A stretch of DNA of 64,000 bases from Cyanophora paradoxa CCMP329 (taxonomy: Eukaryota; Plantae; Glaucophyta), in contig QPMI01000164.1 of NCBI GenBank assembly GCA_004431415.1, positions 1 to 64,000 of the forward strand, in the 5' to 3' direction. This document shows, piece after piece, positions 59,901-64,000 of this stretch. The position numbers were made by a program, and so were the translations under genes. The first letter of the stretch is position 1; each line of letters begins with the position of its first letter. The notes below the pieces were generated by a model, which made no database searches, was not told the DNA's origin, and worked only from the letters and a program-made list of their open reading frames with translations.

Positions 59901-62900
59901 TGCGGGATCGCCGGGGGCTGCATATGAAAGCGATCTTCGATGTCTGCGCGACTAATCAGAGGCGCCTCGAATGCAGGTTCCGCTGTTCCTCGTCGAGCTG
60001 TGCCGCCAGCAATTGGTGGGCTCTTCGTCGCTCGTATACTAAGCTTACTGCAGATTTAACATTCGGCCTCGCAAACTCAAAATTAATATTGGATGATGCT
60101 TATCAACTGCACGTACTTCAGGCAGCCACAGACACTGAGCTCGAGGCTTTGAACAAGAAATCGGCTATTCCGGAATCGGTGCGACCGAAACCGGATATCG
60201 CAAGGACCCACTTTTCGCTCACACGTGCACATGTACACGCGCACTCTGCAGCTTCAGCAGGTCGTGTTGCAGCACACCGACGGGCTTCCGCCTCAAGCAC
60301 AGGCGCATGCACACTTAAGCTTCTCGTGTAAGCTGTCGAAATTGCCGTTGTGTAACTTGCATCACGGACAGGCCGTGCTCAAGCTGGCATCGATCGCTGG
60401 CTCCGAGTTTACAGCGAGCATCTTGCACGCCATCGATCCTTCAGGTTTGCATTTTGCATCCCATATATGCATCGAGCCCCGGTCGCAATTCAGGTGCGCT
60501 AATGCGCTCGCACACGCAGGAATGAGCGTAAACGCGCTTCACTTCGCGATCCGCCTCCTGTGGCGGGACAACCTCATTGCGGTTTTCAGCGCCAAACCCG
60601 GAGCGCTTTTACAACGCGCGCTGAACGCAGTTGTCGCAGGTGGCGGGCAGCGCGAGCGGGCACCCGCCGCTGGTGGAAGAGCGCGACGCAGAGGCGGCCG
60701 CCGGCGAGCCGCCGGGCTGGCCGCCGGAAGACCTGCGCCTCGACTTCCACCACCAGCTCGTCAAGGTCCGCGTCGAATTCGAGAGTTCTCAATTGGATTC
60801 GCAGCTGCCGTCGAGCCCCTCGAGCTCGATATCGAATGCTTGCGCCCTCTTCGCAGGAAACCGTGTACTCTGCGACGGCGCACAGTCTTCGGAAGGAAGT
60901 CCACAGGCGCTACGCCGAGCACCTGGAGAAACTTGACGGGGCCACTGCGCACGCCAAGGCTGCTAGCGCCCTCGCGTGCGTGATCGAATTGCAGCAGGCG
61001 TACTGCTCAGCCGTCGTTGACAGTGCTCGTGGGAGGCTGACGCTGTCGACGTCGCGCTTTTACGCCGAATGCAGGCATCACTGGCGCTGCGCCGAGAATC
61101 TGCCGAAATCCCTCGGGCACCTCTCAAACGCGGTGCTTTGTAGATTATATACAATGCATGACATGATATGGCTGAAGGCAAGTGTTGCACAGGCGTGGCG
61201 GGCCGTGCGAACAAATGCTCTCAAAGAAGCTTCGGCGATGCTTGCGGGTGCGTATCGATATCAGCGTTGGCCATAGGCATGGTCCGAAGCGTGCCCAGCA
61301 CATGTCTGCGCCAACCCTGCGGCAGACGTCTGCGCCACGATTGACGACAGCGGCCTCGCGGGGCCCAACACGCGCCCGCTGCCGGCCGCCATGCGCATGG
61401 CGTGCTGGGGAGCGCCCGTGGGCCGCCGCACCTCCGTGCGCCGCTCCGGATCCGGATCCCAAATTAAATTAAAGTCGCTATTCACGGGGCAGCCGTTCGC
61501 TGCTGACGGGGCACGCCGCTCGCCCCGCCAGGTCTCTGCCGACGCCGACTGCGCACTCGACTCTGCGGGCTGGGCGCGGTGGCGCACGACGCGGGACCTC
61601 GCCTGCGGCGCCCTTGCCTCCATCGCCTACTACAACGGCAGAATGGACCTCAGCCACGAGCTCGCCGCGCGCTCTCTTTCGCGCCCTCTCTGCACTTCTT
61701 TCTGTCTCTTCTGAAGCCCTCGAGCTCTCAGGTGGCCGTGCTGGGGAGCCTCGGCGAGGCGGTGCCGGAGCGCAGGGCCTCCCTCTTCGGCGTGGCGCGG
61801 CTGCTCGCCCGCCTCGCGCGGCTCGGGGGGCGCGCCGCCGCCGACGCCGCCGCCGACGGCCGCGGCCTGCCGCCCTACGCCGCCGACCGCGACTGCCGCG
61901 AGGTCGCCCTCGACTGCCTCCTCCTTGTCATGTGGTGCCCACATGGCGAAGTCCGACCACATATAGCACGCACCACGTCTCTCAGAGCTTCTGCTGAAGG
62001 GCGGGAACGCAGGATCAACATGCGGAAGGGGAGGCAGGGCGGCCCGCAGCAGACGGAGGGCGGCGGGCAGCCGCAGGCGCGCGGCTTCGAGCTCGCGGCC
62101 TTCGCGATCGCCCGCTGCGTCGAGGTCTCCTGCGCGACGCCCAAGCACGTGCGCGCGAGAGCTCGCCGCCCGGCCCGGCGCTTTGCTTCGCACGGCCCCG
62201 ACCGCGCTTGCGCAGCTCCGGACCACGCAAGACGCGAGGATCTTGTCAACCTTCTCAACCTTCCTCGACAGTCCGCACCTCAAGCTGCTCCCGTCGATGC
62301 GATCGCGCGTCGCTGTTGACACTGGTCGCGATCGCCACGCGCGCCAGTTGTCGGCATGTCGAAGGCAGCCCGAGGGGTCCTTCAGCGTGCGCGGGAGCAC
62401 GCCGTCGCGGTCGGCGACGACACGGTACGCTGCTCTAGACACGGTCGATGTCGAACCGAGTCGCCGAGCTGGCGCAGAGCCGCGCCTTCGTGGCGTCGCA
62501 CACGGCGATGCAGGCGTGCCGCCACGGCCGCTTCCTCGAGGGCTGCGCCGAGTTCGAGGTCGTATTCTCGTGCGCGCGAGCTTGATTGCGATCACGGACG
62601 CCTCGCGATCGGACTTGCCGCAGCGCTCGCGTCTCGCAATCGCGATCGCTGACGCGTACGGCCTCGTCTGCAGGCTCGAGGGAGCGAACCCGCGCATCAA
62701 GCTGGACGCCGGCGTGATCTACGCCCTCACTTTCGTTCTACAGGCGCGCACTGCCCGGTCGTGTTTTGGCCGTCGACCTCGCAGCAAGCGCGATCCGACT
62801 TCGCTGCCGTCCGCATGCGCAGGGCCAGTACGCGGCGGCGCGGAAGACGTGTGCCGAGCTCGTCGGCATCTCCGAGCACCTCGGGATCGATGGCCGCGGT

Positions 62901-64000
62901 GCGGGGCAGATCCAGACGCGCTTGATTGTTACTTCGCTTGTCCGTTTCATTTGTTTCGAGATCGCTGACTCGGCTAGGCGCGCGCAGTGGTCCAAGTGGT
63001 GGCGCTGGTGGACGCCTCGACGGCGCTCCTCGAGGGGCGCGACGCCCACGCCGAGCACGTCCTTCGCTTCATCGAGCCGGTGAGCCCGATGCGCACCAAC
63101 TCGCAGTCGTGCACGTCACGGCGTGGCCTCGCGCCACTCGCGCGCGCGCGGCCGACGTCGACGCGAAGCGGATCCCTAACGTGAGCGATATGCGCGCGGC
63201 AGCTCGACGATTTCATACACCAGCAGGAATGGTGCGCCCTGACACGCTTTTGCAATCCCTCGCGCGAGCCTCTGTAAGATTGCTGACCCGCAATTCAGGT
63301 GGTACTACCGGTCTCTCGACATCTTCCGTGGCGTCTGCGCGTGGCGCGCCGGCGATGCAGCTGGAGCCGCCGCCAGCTTCGAGGGCGCCTTCGAGTGCTG
63401 GCGGGACGAGGCCAAGACCGTCACCTGGCCCGCCCTGCGTGCGCCCTGGCCCAGTATGCCATTCGCGCCGCCTTGCCACCCTGACACCTGAGGCCTACCT
63501 CTGGCCGCGACCAGTTTTGATATCGGTCCTCCTGGATTTCGCGCTCTGGTGGCAGTCCGACACGGCGGCAGCGCTCTCTGCCGCCCTCAGCACTGCCCGA
63601 CCGAGACCTCGAGCTCGCCTCGGGTCCGTGCTGTACCTGTCTCTCGGGTCGCTCGAGGGCCCCAACAAAATTAATCTCTCCACTTGTGCAGGGCCGTCGC
63701 GCGGCTGCGGGCGCTCGCGTGCGGCGGCTCGCCCCGGGCCTCCGTCTTTGATGGCGATCTCGAGGCGGAGCGGGCACACGCAGCCCGCGTCGTCGCACTC
63801 GACACGGTGCGGACCCGGACCCGGCCCATCACTTTCGTCCCGCCGCGAAGGCGCGTAGCTGACGCCGACGGGCCGCGCGCGATCAGGCCTCGAGCCTTTC
63901 CGCGGGCGCGCGGGCGCGACGGGCGTCGGCTGCGCGGCTCTCCGACGTGGACCAGGGCTCCTCCTCCGACGTCGACGCCTTCACCGTCCTCGTGCGTCCG
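53947..64000 (+). CDS. Soluble adenylyl cyclase (ADCY10)-like protein: tandem class III cyclase domains, STAND/AAA P-loop and helical C-terminus; 3' end beyond the window
   Basis: C1: ALFVD..SGFSAL, VNGYFSLLV..LFFAG|DAIVAF, GDDIVLSE. C2: LDEIRTVFIVF, GDVNKVF..DDK, FGNPGRSHEDDAERAVRAA, GIAGGPTFCGTLGSSCRKEH, IGDSVILAARLM. P-loop: GTICIEGDAGFGKTRLLRE (~57992). Later FHHQLVK|ETVYS..RKEVHRRYAEHLE. Many introns. Confidence 0.87.

Overview
Eukaryotic, very GC-rich, intron-dense genomic DNA. The (CCCCG)n mini-introns suggest a GC-rich alga or protist such as a glaucophyte, but that is a guess. Layout: (1) 1-12749 is a ~480-bp tandem array. (2) 12750-18188 is a repeat-rich block ending in a CACTA/En-Spm-type terminus (CACTAGGAGAAA on the minus strand), with a nested, recent, non-autonomous LTR element (14708-17984). 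(3) 18.7-36.1 kb holds six compact spliced genes: ARM-repeat protein, coiled-coil protein, M1 aminopeptidase with HEAT repeats, OAC1-like mitochondrial carrier fused to C-terminal EF-hands, ABM-family monooxygenase, and UBL-WLM-PUB metalloprotease. (4) 36.4-41.7 kb is a hybrid histidine kinase. (5) 41.8-53.9 kb is a mosaic of segmental duplications, MITEs, intronless ORFs and a copied cyclase fragment. (6) 53.9-64 kb is a soluble-adenylyl-cyclase-like (tandem cyclase plus P-loop) gene that runs off the window. Main discovery: young duplicated segments differ mostly by small insertions with a strict grammar around a duplicated 3-mer W (W' = reverse complement): W-W'-W, W-C-W'-G-W, W-CG-W and W-C-W. 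The spacers are invariably C then G. This is what hairpin-type excision of a C...G-ended transposon with a 3-bp TSD would leave. These putative footprints outnumber substitutions about 9:1 in one duplication and saturate the non-coding DNA of the right half of the window. A candidate CACTA end lies in the same window. All alignments and gene models were made by eye; exon boundaries are approximate and homopolymer sequencing errors are likely.
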